Source of the DNA: Spirochaetia bacterium
GTDB lineage: Bacteria > Spirochaetota > Spirochaetia > SZUA-6 > Bin103
Assembly (NCBI GenBank): GCA_965208575.1
Contig: CBDBOV010000002.1
Span: forward strand, 576,001 to 640,000
Length of the DNA stretch: 64,000 bases
Direction: 5' to 3'
The notes below the pieces were generated by a model, which saw only the letters and a list, made by a program, of their open reading frames with translations, had not been told where the DNA came from and made no database searches. Below are positions 48,136 through 57,805 of the stretch, in pieces; the stretch's first letter is position 1, and each line of letters begins with the position of its first letter. The position numbers were made by a program, and so were the translations under genes.

Positions 48136-48334
48136 CGTGCTGCCTCCCGCGCCGCGCCGGCAGCGGGTCGCGGTTCGGCCGCGGTGCACAGGCCGCGATG
48201 ACGCGCGGCGCCGCAGGGACGGAGGTGGACCGGCGCGGCGCCGGCGCAGCGAGCCGCCCCGGAGGCCGCCACGGCCCCGGCGGCCGTGCGGACGTCTACC
48301 GTCAGAGCCGACTGCGTACTCGCGGCATTGGTAG

Positions 48335-49555
48335 TCAGCATGGGACACCCTCGGCCGGCGCGGCGGCCACGGCGCTCGCCTTCGCGCCCGGTAGCACGCA
48401 GCGGTGATGGATGGTGCCGCCCGTCCGCGGTGCGGCAACGGCTGCCGGCGCGGCACGATTGCCGCGGTCGGTATCGCTGCCAAGGCCCGGAACGGCGTCT
48501 GCCGCCGCGCGATCCATGCGGGCGGCATGTGTGTCCACCGGTTCGGAGACCAGCGGCGGTATGGCGCGGGTACAACGCGCTTCCGCTACCGCGCAGCGGG
48601 GGGCGAACGGGCAGCCGGGTTCCGGGTGCAGGGGGTCGGGCACGTTGCCGGGAATGGCGTGCAGCGGCTGCTCGCTGTAGTGCACGCCGAGCGGCAGGTG
48701 GGAGTCGAGCAGGGCGCGCGTGTAGGGGTGGCGCGGCGCGTGCAGGACGGCGGCGGCGGGGCCCTGCTCCATCACCAGTCCGCCGTACATCACCACCAGG
48801 CGGTCGGCGATCTGGCCGACCAGGGCCAAGTCGTGGCTGATGAACAGGATCGCCAGCCGGCGCGCCGCGCGCAGGCGCAGCAGCAGCTCCACCACCTGCG
48901 CCTGCACCGTGACGTCCAGCGCCGTGGTGGGCTCGTCGGCGACCAGCACCTCCGGGTCGGCGGCCAGGGCGTGGGCGATCATCACCCGCTGCAGCATGCC
49001 GCCGGAGAACTGGTGCGGGAAGCTGCCCAGGCGGCGCTCCGCCTCGGCGATGCCCACCTCTTCGAGCAGCGCCACCGAGCGCGCGTGCAGCCCGGCGGCG
49101 TCGAGCTCGGGGCGATGCGTATGCAGGGTCTCGGCCAGGGAATGCTCGATCGAGTAGATCGGATCGAACGAACGCGCCGGTTCCTGGAAGATCATCCCCA
49201 CGCGGCCGCCGCGCAGCCGTTGCAGCGCCGCCGGCCGCATGGTCATGACATCCTCACCGCGGAACAGCAGCCGCGGGGCGTTCACCCGGGCATGCGCCGG
49301 CAGCAGCCGCAGCAGCGCCTGCGCGGTTACGCTCTTGCCCGACCCGCTCTCTCCCACCAGCCCCACCACCGTACCGGGGTGGATCTCCAGGTCGACGCCG
49401 CGCACCGCGTGCAGCGGCCCGCGCTCGGTGGCGAACGTCACGGCAAGGCCGGTCACCCGGTACAGCGGTGCGGCGTGCGGGTCGGCCGCGGCGCCGCCCG
49501 TCGGGGCCGGCGCCGCCACTGCCTGGCGCCGCGGCGTTGCCTTGCGCTCAGCCAC
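48335..49555 (-). CDS. Peptide ABC transporter ATP-binding subunit
   Basis: GESGSGKS, FPHQFSGGMLQR, ADEPTTALD, PGCPFAPRC. Confidence 0.92.
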   Translation of the reverse strand: MAERKATPRRQAVAAPAPTGGAAADPHAAPLYRVTGLAVTFATERGPLHAVRGVDLEIHPGTVVGLVGESGSGKSVTAQALLRLLPAHARVNAPRLLFRGEDVMTMRPAALQRLRGGRVGMIFQEPARSFDPIYSIEHSLAETLHTHRPELDAAGLHARSVALLEEVGIAEAERRLGSFPHQFSGGMLQRVMIAHALAADPEVLVADEPTTALDVTVQAQVVELLLRLRAARRLAILFISHDLALVGQIADRLVVMYGGLVMEQGPAAAVLHAPRHPYTRALLDSHLPLGVHYSEQPLHAIPGNVPDPLHPEPGCPFAPRCAVAEARCTRAIPPLVSEPVDTHAARMDRAAADAVPGLGSDTDRGNRAAPAAVAAPRTGGTIHHRCVLPGAKASAVAAAPAEGVPC

Positions 49556-50723
49556 GCGCGCGCTCCTGGTGGTAGGGGTCGAACAGGTCGCGCAGCAGGT
49601 CGCCGAGGAAGTTGAACGCCAGGGTCACCAGCACCAGCGGCACCGCGGGATAGAGGAACCAGGGAAAGCTGCGCAGGTTGCTCAGTTGGGTGACGTTGCG
49701 GTTCAGCATCGAACCCCAGCTCACCGCCGGATCGGTAATGCCCAGGCCCAGGTAGGAGAGCGCCGTCTCGCCCAGGATGAAGCCGGGGATGCCGAGGGCG
49801 ACGCTGACGATCAGGATCGAGGCCATCTGCGGAATGATCTGGGTGAAGATGATCGCCAGCGGCGGGATGCCCTGCAGCCGGGCGGCCGCGATGAAGTCCT
49901 CGGTCTTGATGCTGTGCACCATGCCGCGGATCAGGCGCGCGGTGCCCGGCCATCCGACCAGCGACAGGATGATCGTTATCACCATGAACGACTGGCCGGG
50001 GTCCCACTCGTAGGACAGGATGGAGCGCAGGAACAGGATCAGGTACAGGCCCGGAATGACGATCAGGAGCTCGGCGGCGCGCATGATGGTCCAGTCGACC
50101 GCGCCGCCGTAGTAGCCCGCCAGCCCGCCGAGCAGGATCGCCAGCGTGAGCGAAATGGCAATGCCGATCGGGCCGATGGTCAAGGAGATGCGCGCGCCGT
50201 ACAGGATGCGCGAGAAGATGTCGCGGCCCAGGTGGTCCGACCCCAGCAGGAACACCGGATACGCCTGCCCGTTGCCCTGCCAGGGGTCGGCCCCGGCCGG
50301 CGCGCGCACGGTGGCCCCCTCATCGTCCACGTACGGCGCCGTGGTCCCGAACAGGTGCACGCGCATCGGCACCAGTCCCCACAGCCGGTACTCCGGTCCC
50401 TGCACGAACAGCCGCACCCGGTAGTGCTCGCCGCGGATACGCGCGTAGCGCCGGCTCACGTCGTCCACCAGCACGCGATGCTGCACCTGCGGCCCCAACC
50501 CCAGTTCGCGCGAGTAGAAGCCCAGGGTGGTCGGCTGGTGCGTGTGGAAGCGGAACGTGGTGGTGGGTTCGTAGGGCGCCAGGAACTCCGCAAAGAGCAT
50601 CGCCGTGTACAGCAGCGCCAGCACCAGCACCGATGCGGCCGCCACCGGCCGCGCGCGTAACCGCCGCCACAACACCGCGCCGCGTCGGACGTGGACCGGC
50701 GCATCGGACACCGCCTCAGCCAT
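49548..50723 (-). CDS. Peptide ABC transporter permease (OppC/DppC-like)
   Basis: LGSDHLGRDIFSR, ETALSYLGLG, SWGSML, FNFLGD.LRD. Confidence 0.92.
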   Translation of the reverse strand: MAEAVSDAPVHVRRGAVLWRRLRARPVAAASVLVLALLYTAMLFAEFLAPYEPTTTFRFHTHQPTTLGFYSRELGLGPQVQHRVLVDDVSRRYARIRGEHYRVRLFVQGPEYRLWGLVPMRVHLFGTTAPYVDDEGATVRAPAGADPWQGNGQAYPVFLLGSDHLGRDIFSRILYGARISLTIGPIGIAISLTLAILLGGLAGYYGGAVDWTIMRAAELLIVIPGLYLILFLRSILSYEWDPGQSFMVITIILSLVGWPGTARLIRGMVHSIKTEDFIAAARLQGIPPLAIIFTQIIPQMASILIVSVALGIPGFILGETALSYLGLGITDPAVSWGSMLNRNVTQLSNLRSFPWFLYPAVPLVLVTLAFNFLGDLLRDLFDPYHQERARG

Positions 50724-51834
50724 CGCCGCTGCCCGAATAGCGGATGCGCGGATCGATCACCGCCAGCAGCACGTCGGCGGCGATCATGCCGGCCAGAACG
50801 AGGAGGCTGGTGAACATGATCGCCGCCAACACCAGGTTGATGTCCTCCTGGCGCACCGCCTCGAACATCAGCCGTCCCAGCCCCGGGTAGGAGAAGATGA
50901 TTTCCAGGATCAACGATCCCGAGAACATGCCCGCGAACAGGTCGGCGCTGCTGGTGATGTAGGGGTTGAGCGTGTTGCGGAACGCGTGCACCACGTGTAT
51001 CCGCGTCTCGCTGATGCCGCGCGAGCGCAGCGCGGTCACGTAGGGCTGGCCGAGCTGATCCAGCATCGTGGCGCGGATGTAGCGCATGGTGCCGCCTACC
51101 GCGCCCAGGAACCCTGCTACCAGCGGCAGGGTGATGTGGTGCAGGTAGCTGAACGAGAACCGCAGCGGCGCCTCCCGGTAGGGGAAGTCGGGATAGGCGG
51201 TGATCGGGAACCAGCCGCTGACCGCGGCGAACAGTTGCAGCAGGATCAGCAGCAGGATGCCGGGAAAGGCGTGCAGCAGCAGCGCGGTGAAGGACGCCCC
51301 CAGGTCCACCCGGGTGCCCACCTTGGAGGAGAAGTAGAGGGCGGTGGAGAACGACGCCAGGGTAAGGAATACCAGCGAGATCAGGTTGAGAATGATCGTA
51401 TTGACCATGCGCGACTGGATCAGGAACAGGATCGGTGCGCGCGACACCAGCGACCGGCCCAGGTCGCGTTCCACCACCACCTGGTACAGCCAGCGGGCGT
51501 ACTGGGCGTAGAACGGCAGGTCGAGGCCCAGGCGCGCCTTGGCGGCCGCGATCTGCTCCTCGGTGTACACGTTGTCCGCCTGCCGGTCGGCGGACATCAG
51601 CAGTTGCGCCCTGATGTAGTTCTCGACCATGTCGCCCGGCGCCAGCTTCATCAGCCCGAACACCGCCAGGCCCAGCACCAGCAGGATGCCCACCAGCGAC
51701 GCCAGCCGGTTGGCCAGGAAATAGAGCAGCGGAAAGCGGCGCCGCCGGGTGGCGGCGGGCCGTGGACGGGCGCCGGCCGAGGCGGCGGCGACGGGCGTGC
51801 CGGCCGCCTCCGGCCGCGAGCGGTCAGCACTCAC
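50716..51834 (-). CDS. Peptide ABC transporter permease (OppB/DppB-like)
   Basis: LGLDLP..QY, DLGRS, YVTALRSRG, HAFRN, IFSYPGLG, DPRIR. Confidence 0.92.
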   Translation of the reverse strand: MSADRSRPEAAGTPVAAASAGARPRPAATRRRRFPLLYFLANRLASLVGILLVLGLAVFGLMKLAPGDMVENYIRAQLLMSADRQADNVYTEEQIAAAKARLGLDLPFYAQYARWLYQVVVERDLGRSLVSRAPILFLIQSRMVNTIILNLISLVFLTLASFSTALYFSSKVGTRVDLGASFTALLLHAFPGILLLILLQLFAAVSGWFPITAYPDFPYREAPLRFSFSYLHHITLPLVAGFLGAVGGTMRYIRATMLDQLGQPYVTALRSRGISETRIHVVHAFRNTLNPYITSSADLFAGMFSGSLILEIIFSYPGLGRLMFEAVRQEDINLVLAAIMFTSLLVLAGMIAADVLLAVIDPRIRYSGSGDG

Positions 51835-51965
51835 GGTCACACCGTAGAGCCACGGTCACCCCGTGCGTCGGCGCGGTCACTGCGTGACACCGGAGACGAC
51901 GAAGCGCACCCCGCCGGCGTCGCGAGTGTCTCATCGCCGGCCCGCTCCGCCGCCGCGCTCCGCCG

Positions 51966-53846
51966 CTACTCGCCGTCGGGCAGGTAGAGGTAGGTGGAGT
52001 CGAGGCCGTTCAGGGTGTCGTAGAACACGTTGGCCCACTTGTCGCGCACCGCCAGGAACGACAGCGGGTACACGACGTAGATCATCGGCGCCTGGTCGAG
52101 CAGCAGCCTCTGGTACTCGTCGTAGATCGCCTTCGCCTTCTCCTTGTCAATGGTGAACCGCCCCTCGTTGTAGAGGTGGTCGACGCGCGCCTCCCACTCG
52201 GTGTACGGCTCCTCCTGCAGCGGGTGCCACAGGTGGAAGTTGCCCTTCGACTGCCACACGTTGCTGCCCCCCTCCGGCCAGTAGTTGGAGCCGAGCGAGG
52301 CGGTGGCCACGTGCCAGTCGTAGGTGCTGGTGAGCATCTCGACCAGCTTCTGGAAGTCGATCGGGCGCACGTTGCCGGTGATGCCGATCTGCTTCAGTTC
52401 GTCGGAGAAGATGTTCATGATGTCCACGCCGACGTTGTTGGAAGCGCCGACGTGGATGTTGAACTCGATGTGGTTGCCGTCGGCGTCCTCCATCAGCCCC
52501 TCCGCGTTGGGCCGAATGCCGATCCCGGCCAGCAGTTCGCGCGCCCGGTCGGGGTCGTAGTCGAAGCGCTGCCGGATCGACTCGTCGAAGTAGGGGTTGG
52601 CGCGGGCGAAGAAGTGCAGCGCCGGCTCGGCCAGCCCGCGGTACACCTGGCTGGCGATGCGGTCGCGGTTGAGCACCGAGCTCATCGCCTGGCGGAACTC
52701 GGTCTGGCTGAACCAACGGTATACCAGCGGGTCCATGGTGTCGGGATTCTGGTTGAAGGCGACGAACGAAGACCCCAGCGTGGCGCCGCCGTTGTAGACG
52801 GTGTAGTCGGGATCCTCGGCGTCGAGCAGCTCGTCCAGGTCCTCGGGGCGCACCGAGTAGGCGTCCTTGTTGCCCTCCTTGAACAGCAGGAACTCGGTGT
52901 TGCGGTCGGGCACGATCTGGTAGACGGCGCGCTCGATGTAGGGCAGCGAGACGCCGGCCTCGTCCTTCTTCCAGTAGTGCGGGTTGCGCACCGCCACCAC
53001 GCGCACGCCGGGTTCGTACTCGGCGATGTAGTAGCCGCCGATGGAGGGGACGGTGGCGGGATCGGTGTCGATGCTGAACAGGTTGAGCACGCCCTCGGCG
53101 CCGCCTTCCTGCTTGGCCGGCTCGTAGAGGTAGCGCGGGCCGAAATCCATGTTGGTGGACAGGATCGGGTTGGCGACGATGCGCGGGTAGTGGAACGCGA
53201 CGGTACGGTCGTCGATCTTCTGCACCGCGATGCGCGCCTCGGAGCCGTCGGCCATCTCGATGAACTGGCCGGCGTAGCCCGGCTGCTGCAGCTCCTGGTC
53301 GCCCTCGATCTCGTCGTACCAGAACACGATGTCGTCGGAGGTCACCTTCACGCGCGTGTCGGGGTCGGCGAGGGTGGTCCAGTACAGGTCGTCACGCAGG
53401 GTGTAGATCACCGACAGCGTGTCGGCCGCCTCGTCCGCCACCACCTCGAAGCTGGCCAGGTTGGGCAGGAACTCGCGCGTGCACGGGTCGTAGTCGGCCA
53501 GGTAGTCGAACAGCACGCCGACCACCGCGCCGGTGTCGCCGTCGCGCGCGAGCATGGTGTTGAAGCTCTTGGGATCGTTGTTGATGGAGGTGAGCCAGGT
53601 GCCGCCGACCTTGCCCAGGGCGAACTCCTGGCAGCCGTGCCGCTCGGTGGTCTTGGCCAGGATCTCGGCGCGCGCCTTCTCGCGCTCGCTCATCGCCTCG
53701 CCTTCGGACATCTCCTCGTCCGCGGCGCCGGCCGCCCACAGCATGCCGGCGGGCAGCAGGATCATGGCCAGCACGGCCGGCACGGTTTGCCAGGTGGAGC
53801 GCGCGGCACGCCGGCCGCGGCGGGGGAACGGAAGCAGTTTGTACAT
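51966..53846 (-). CDS. Peptide ABC transporter substrate-binding protein (family 5)
   Basis: Signal peptide; DPKSFN, NPHYWK, LPYIE, FRQAMS; TACACT 7 nt upstream. Confidence 0.9.
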   Translation of the reverse strand: MYKLLPFPRRGRRAARSTWQTVPAVLAMILLPAGMLWAAGAADEEMSEGEAMSEREKARAEILAKTTERHGCQEFALGKVGGTWLTSINNDPKSFNTMLARDGDTGAVVGVLFDYLADYDPCTREFLPNLASFEVVADEAADTLSVIYTLRDDLYWTTLADPDTRVKVTSDDIVFWYDEIEGDQELQQPGYAGQFIEMADGSEARIAVQKIDDRTVAFHYPRIVANPILSTNMDFGPRYLYEPAKQEGGAEGVLNLFSIDTDPATVPSIGGYYIAEYEPGVRVVAVRNPHYWKKDEAGVSLPYIERAVYQIVPDRNTEFLLFKEGNKDAYSVRPEDLDELLDAEDPDYTVYNGGATLGSSFVAFNQNPDTMDPLVYRWFSQTEFRQAMSSVLNRDRIASQVYRGLAEPALHFFARANPYFDESIRQRFDYDPDRARELLAGIGIRPNAEGLMEDADGNHIEFNIHVGASNNVGVDIMNIFSDELKQIGITGNVRPIDFQKLVEMLTSTYDWHVATASLGSNYWPEGGSNVWQSKGNFHLWHPLQEEPYTEWEARVDHLYNEGRFTIDKEKAKAIYDEYQRLLLDQAPMIYVVYPLSFLAVRDKWANVFYDTLNGLDSTYLYLPDGE

Positions 53847-54018
53847 GCCCACCAGTGTACCGCACAGAGCGCCTCTGCAATCAAACACCACGTTAATTAT
53901 CCGCAACCCCGGTATAATACGTGGCGGCGCCATGAGCGGACGGGCGAGCGGCGCACGGAGCAGGCCGTCCGCTTGCGCCAGTCGCGGTGACGATGCGGCG
54001 CAGCTTCAGGCGCCGCTG

Positions 54019-54405
54019 TCAGGCGGCCGCGGTGTCCGGCTGCATGAGGCCGAAGATGTTGCCCTCGGGGTCGTGGCAGTAGGCCAGCCAGCCCACCCCC
54101 TTGACCGCCAGCTTGGGTACCGCGACGGTGCCGCCGGCAGCGGTTGCGCTCGCCACGGAGCGGTCGAGGTCGTCCACCTGCACCGTGCACACGTAGCCGC
54201 TCACCGGCGCGCCGGCCGCCGGCGGGTCGCCCCGGCGCCGCAGGATGGCGCCGTCGATGCCGCGCTCCTCGGCGCGGCCGGTGGTGAGCAGCCAGTACTC
54301 CTCGCTGCCCCACCGCTGTGCGCTCCACCCGAACACCTGCTCGTAAAACCGTACCGCGCGCTCCGGTTCCTGCGCGTGAATCTCAAAGTGTACCACTCGT
54401 GGCAT
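54019..54405 (-). CDS. VOC/glyoxalase family protein
   Basis: VVHFEI..PERA..FY..VFGW; DPEGNIFGL. Confidence 0.9.
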   Translation of the reverse strand: MPRVVHFEIHAQEPERAVRFYEQVFGWSAQRWGSEEYWLLTTGRAEERGIDGAILRRRGDPPAAGAPVSGYVCTVQVDDLDRSVASATAAGGTVAVPKLAVKGVGWLAYCHDPEGNIFGLMQPDTAAA

Positions 54406-54408
54406 GGT

Positions 54409-55326
54409 TCAGGCTACCTGACCGCGTTTGATGTTCGCAAGATGCCGGTCGAGCGTGGTCTCGACTTGCGGCTTCCCCGCTATCGTGTCGTCGTAGAAAA
54501 TCACCCGATAGCCGCTGATGTCGAATGGCAAGTCACCACCGCGACGGGCCAGCAGGACCGTCGGTTTTTCGAGCGCATGAGCGTATCCAAGCTCGTAGAA
54601 CACGTTGGGATTGGGTGGTGTCACTTCGGCAATCACCAAGTCGGAGTCCAGCAATCCGTTGATGATATCCTGCAGGACTATTCCCGGACGAAAAACGTCG
54701 TCGGCACGCTGTACCTGGAAACCACTCTTTTCGCAGACCGGCCTGATCACCTCTCGATACAGGTTGTCGTACGTTTCTTCGAACTTCATCACCACGAATG
54801 CCTTGGGAGGGCTCCCGTCTACCGAAAAACCATCAAACCTGACTTCGCCGGATCCCGATGCGAACAAGCCGGTCTGAGCGCCGCTCGGCGGGTGTGGTAA
54901 TGCCTGGCTGATGACACGGATCCCGTCTACCGTCAGAGACACGTTCCTGCCTCGAAGCTGGACGTCGATATCATACCACCTGTCACTCTCGAGTTGATCT
55001 GCGCTCCCCTTCCGTGAGATTGACTCGTACCGCCTCTGGTCGGATTCGAATGCGTCGACGGTGTAGGCGGATTCATACCCACCGAGCCCGACTGAATAGT
55101 GGCGCTCGGACGCTGCATCGTAGCCAAGCAGGATACGCCCGATGCCGTTCCTCGGGTCGCTCAGGAGCACTCTCGCAGAGATGCGGCCGCTAGCCAAAGT
55201 GTCGGGTGCGAGCGCTATGCCAACCGCTTCATGTGAGGATCCATGGTACGTGGCGGAACGCCCCCTGAACGACCACTTGCCGTCCAAAGCCGCCCACCAC
55301 ATGCGCGCTCTTTCCTTGCTGTCCAT
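54409..55326 (-). CDS. ConA/DUF1080-like beta-sandwich fused to a nucleoside 2-deoxyribosyltransferase-like domain
   Basis: N-terminal WYDIDVQLRG..VSLTVDG...GLF..GEVRFD; C-terminal AFVVM.F..RADD..IAEVT..NPNVFYELGYAHA..LPFD. Confidence 0.72.
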   Translation of the reverse strand: MDSKERARMWWAALDGKWSFRGRSATYHGSSHEAVGIALAPDTLASGRISARVLLSDPRNGIGRILLGYDAASERHYSVGLGGYESAYTVDAFESDQRRYESISRKGSADQLESDRWYDIDVQLRGRNVSLTVDGIRVISQALPHPPSGAQTGLFASGSGEVRFDGFSVDGSPPKAFVVMKFEETYDNLYREVIRPVCEKSGFQVQRADDVFRPGIVLQDIINGLLDSDLVIAEVTPPNPNVFYELGYAHALEKPTVLLARRGGDLPFDISGYRVIFYDDTIAGKPQVETTLDRHLANIKRGQVA

Positions 55327-55339
55327 TGCGAGCCGTTTC

Positions 55340-56488
55340 TTACCATGCATCGCACCGCTCGCCCGGCGCAACGGCGAGGCGGGCGTAGCCCAGGTTGTCC
55401 AGGATTTGGTACACGCTGTCCGCGATCAGGGACACCTGGCGGTCGCGCAACTGGTCGAGCAGCGGGCCGAAGAACACGTTGGCGTCGCCGCGCCCGGCCG
55501 CGTCCGGGTACCGCGGTGCGCCGTGCGCCGCGAAGCCGGTGGGGTAGCCGCGCTCCGCGTCGTGGGCGCCGTGCATGGCCGCCGCTTCCGCAAGCAGGCG
55601 GCGGCCGATCTCCTGCGGGATATAGCTGAACGCGTTCATCGCGACCACGCCCAGTTCGCCAAGGCGGCGCTGCTCGGGTACCGCCAGCCGGCGCACCGAG
55701 CTGAAGCCGTGCACGACCAGCCGGTGGCCGGTACCGCGCGCCGCCAGCTCCTCCAGCACCCGCCACTGCACCCCCACCTGGCGCGCGGTCACCGACTCGG
55801 TGCCGATGTTGGGCACCACCAGTTCGAAGCCGGTGCGCGCGAGGTAGTCCGCGATCTGGTCGGGGCTGGAGGCCGCGCTCTCGTCCAGCCCCATGCCGCC
55901 GGCGGCAACTTCCTCCAGGCACCCTTCCATCACCTTCCTGCGGCCGGAATCCTCGACGAAGCGGCGGTACGCGATGGAACTGGCCACGTTGTCCGCAAAC
56001 GGGGAGTGAGTGTCGTCGAACATCACGCTCGAGAACAGGTCGATGAACTCCAGGTCGCGCAGCAGCTCGTCCCGGGAACGCACGCCGCCGGGCAGGGTGT
56101 GGTGGCCGTGGTCGTAGTGATGGGTTACGTGGACGGCGCCGTAGTCGGGGTCGGCGGCGTCGGTCAGGGTGGCCAGGAAGCCGGTGGCCAGCCGTGCGTT
56201 GCGCAGCAGCCGCTGCCGGTAAACCGCCGGGTCGTCGCCGCCGGAGGGCAGCCGGTGGCCGGCGTGCAGGTAGCGCGGCAGCATCTGGAAGATGTAGTGG
56301 CCGACCGTGCTGAACACGCCGAGCGGCAACTCGGCGATGCGGTGCTCGCGGGCGAAGCGGGCGGCGCCGTCCACGATGCCGAGCAGGTGATGCTGGTCGC
56401 TGTAGCCGATGCGCGCCATGGTGAGGCCGGCGCCGGCGCAGCGCCGGTACAGTGCCGCGGTAGGCTCGTAGTCGAGGATCAGCGGCAT
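55340..56488 (-). CDS. Class II fructose-bisphosphate aldolase-like protein
   Basis: HYDHG, FSSVMFD, VPNIGT, LVVHGFSS. Confidence 0.7.
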   Translation of the reverse strand: MPLILDYEPTAALYRRCAGAGLTMARIGYSDQHHLLGIVDGAARFAREHRIAELPLGVFSTVGHYIFQMLPRYLHAGHRLPSGGDDPAVYRQRLLRNARLATGFLATLTDAADPDYGAVHVTHHYDHGHHTLPGGVRSRDELLRDLEFIDLFSSVMFDDTHSPFADNVASSIAYRRFVEDSGRRKVMEGCLEEVAAGGMGLDESAASSPDQIADYLARTGFELVVPNIGTESVTARQVGVQWRVLEELAARGTGHRLVVHGFSSVRRLAVPEQRRLGELGVVAMNAFSYIPQEIGRRLLAEAAAMHGAHDAERGYPTGFAAHGAPRYPDAAGRGDANVFFGPLLDQLRDRQVSLIADSVYQILDNLGYARLAVAPGERCDAW

Positions 56489-56794
56489 GGTGGTGGTGCC
56501 AGTGCGGTCAGGCCTGCAAGGAGCGACGATTCGTAGCGGCACAACGATAGGGTTTCGCTCGGGCACGATGCCACGACGAAACGGGCGGAAGTGTCCATGT
56601 CGCGATGGTAGTCGGTTGCGGCGGTTGGCGTCTCGCCGCCGGTCTGGTGGGCGATTACCGTCGTGGTCGGCGATGCAGGACCATGGATTAGCCGGGTCGG
56701 TCTGGCGGACGCATCATCAGAGACATAGGTTGGCCAGAGATGTTGAATGTGAATCGACCCATGACAACCGAGAGTTGTGCGATGATCAGAGGGT

Positions 56795-57742
56795 TCAACG
56801 ACCACGAATGGTACCTACCAACACATCGCCAGGATCTTGTTCACACTGAGTCAACAACTCGACTGCATCAGACAAATGACCTTTTTTCCCGTCTCCGTTG
56901 TGCTTGTCAAACTTCCAGGGTGCTTGGGTCAGTTCATTTGGTTTCCTGAAGTGCTTCCCACTTGGATGGATTTTGGTTCGGCTGATTATGTATCGCTTCC
57001 CGTCGCTTGACAATATAGGCTTGTCTATCCAGACTAAACGCGCGCGAAAGAGCCAATTCGCCGTATGTTCGACTAGTTGATACCAGTTCTTCAATTCACA
57101 TTCCTTACCATCAGAGAATCGAATGCGTGCTCCAGGTCTCCTGCCTAACCCTCTATTGTCCCAGTCGGACAACCTGAACCAGCCGTCGGTCGCTGGCGTT
57201 TTCGTGGTGGGCCAGAAACGCACATGACCAGCGGGTACTGGTGGAACAACTTTGAAATCGGGACGCCAGAGCTGTGAGAGTGCCAATGCGCATTCTCCCG
57301 TCTGAGAATCGGAGATCGATACTTCGAACACTTTTTGCTCTTGAGTGTCGTTCTCAGCGGCTCCAATACCGTGGTACAACCTCCAAAAGTCTCCATTTGT
57401 AAGGATATAGTGCTCCGTTCCGAATCTATTCTGCAGAGCTAAAGCGTCTGCTTTCAGCTTGCCGATGAAATTCCCGAGATCCTCGTTTAATCTCTTGGCC
57501 TCTATGCCTGCCAACGGCGTTCCATCCTCGCCCACCAGGACGTAGTCGAGCAGGTTGCTTCCACATTCGAATTCCAGTTTCACCTGAGACGGATCGGCAA
57601 CGTTCCATCCGAGAGCACGAAGCATCGGATCGATCAACGAAACGCGAGTGCGCGTTTCTTTTCCACGGACATAGTCACGGGTTTCTTCTGCGTTGATAAG
57701 GAGCCGTTGTCGCTCAATTTCTTTCTTCAATTGGTCGAACAT
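56795..57742 (-). CDS. HsdR N-terminal-like PD-(D/E)XK restriction endonuclease protein, low GC
   Basis: ETRTRVSLIDPML.ALGW, DYVL, IEAKR, ILTNG..WRLY. Confidence 0.75.
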   Translation of the reverse strand: MFDQLKKEIERQRLLINAEETRDYVRGKETRTRVSLIDPMLRALGWNVADPSQVKLEFECGSNLLDYVLVGEDGTPLAGIEAKRLNEDLGNFIGKLKADALALQNRFGTEHYILTNGDFWRLYHGIGAAENDTQEQKVFEVSISDSQTGECALALSQLWRPDFKVVPPVPAGHVRFWPTTKTPATDGWFRLSDWDNRGLGRRPGARIRFSDGKECELKNWYQLVEHTANWLFRARLVWIDKPILSSDGKRYIISRTKIHPSGKHFRKPNELTQAPWKFDKHNGDGKKGHLSDAVELLTQCEQDPGDVLVGTIRGR

Positions 57743-57805
57743 GACTTCGCCACCTTATGACGAAGTCCATTGTTGATCAAGCCGATAAGCTTAGGACCTC
57801 TCCGT

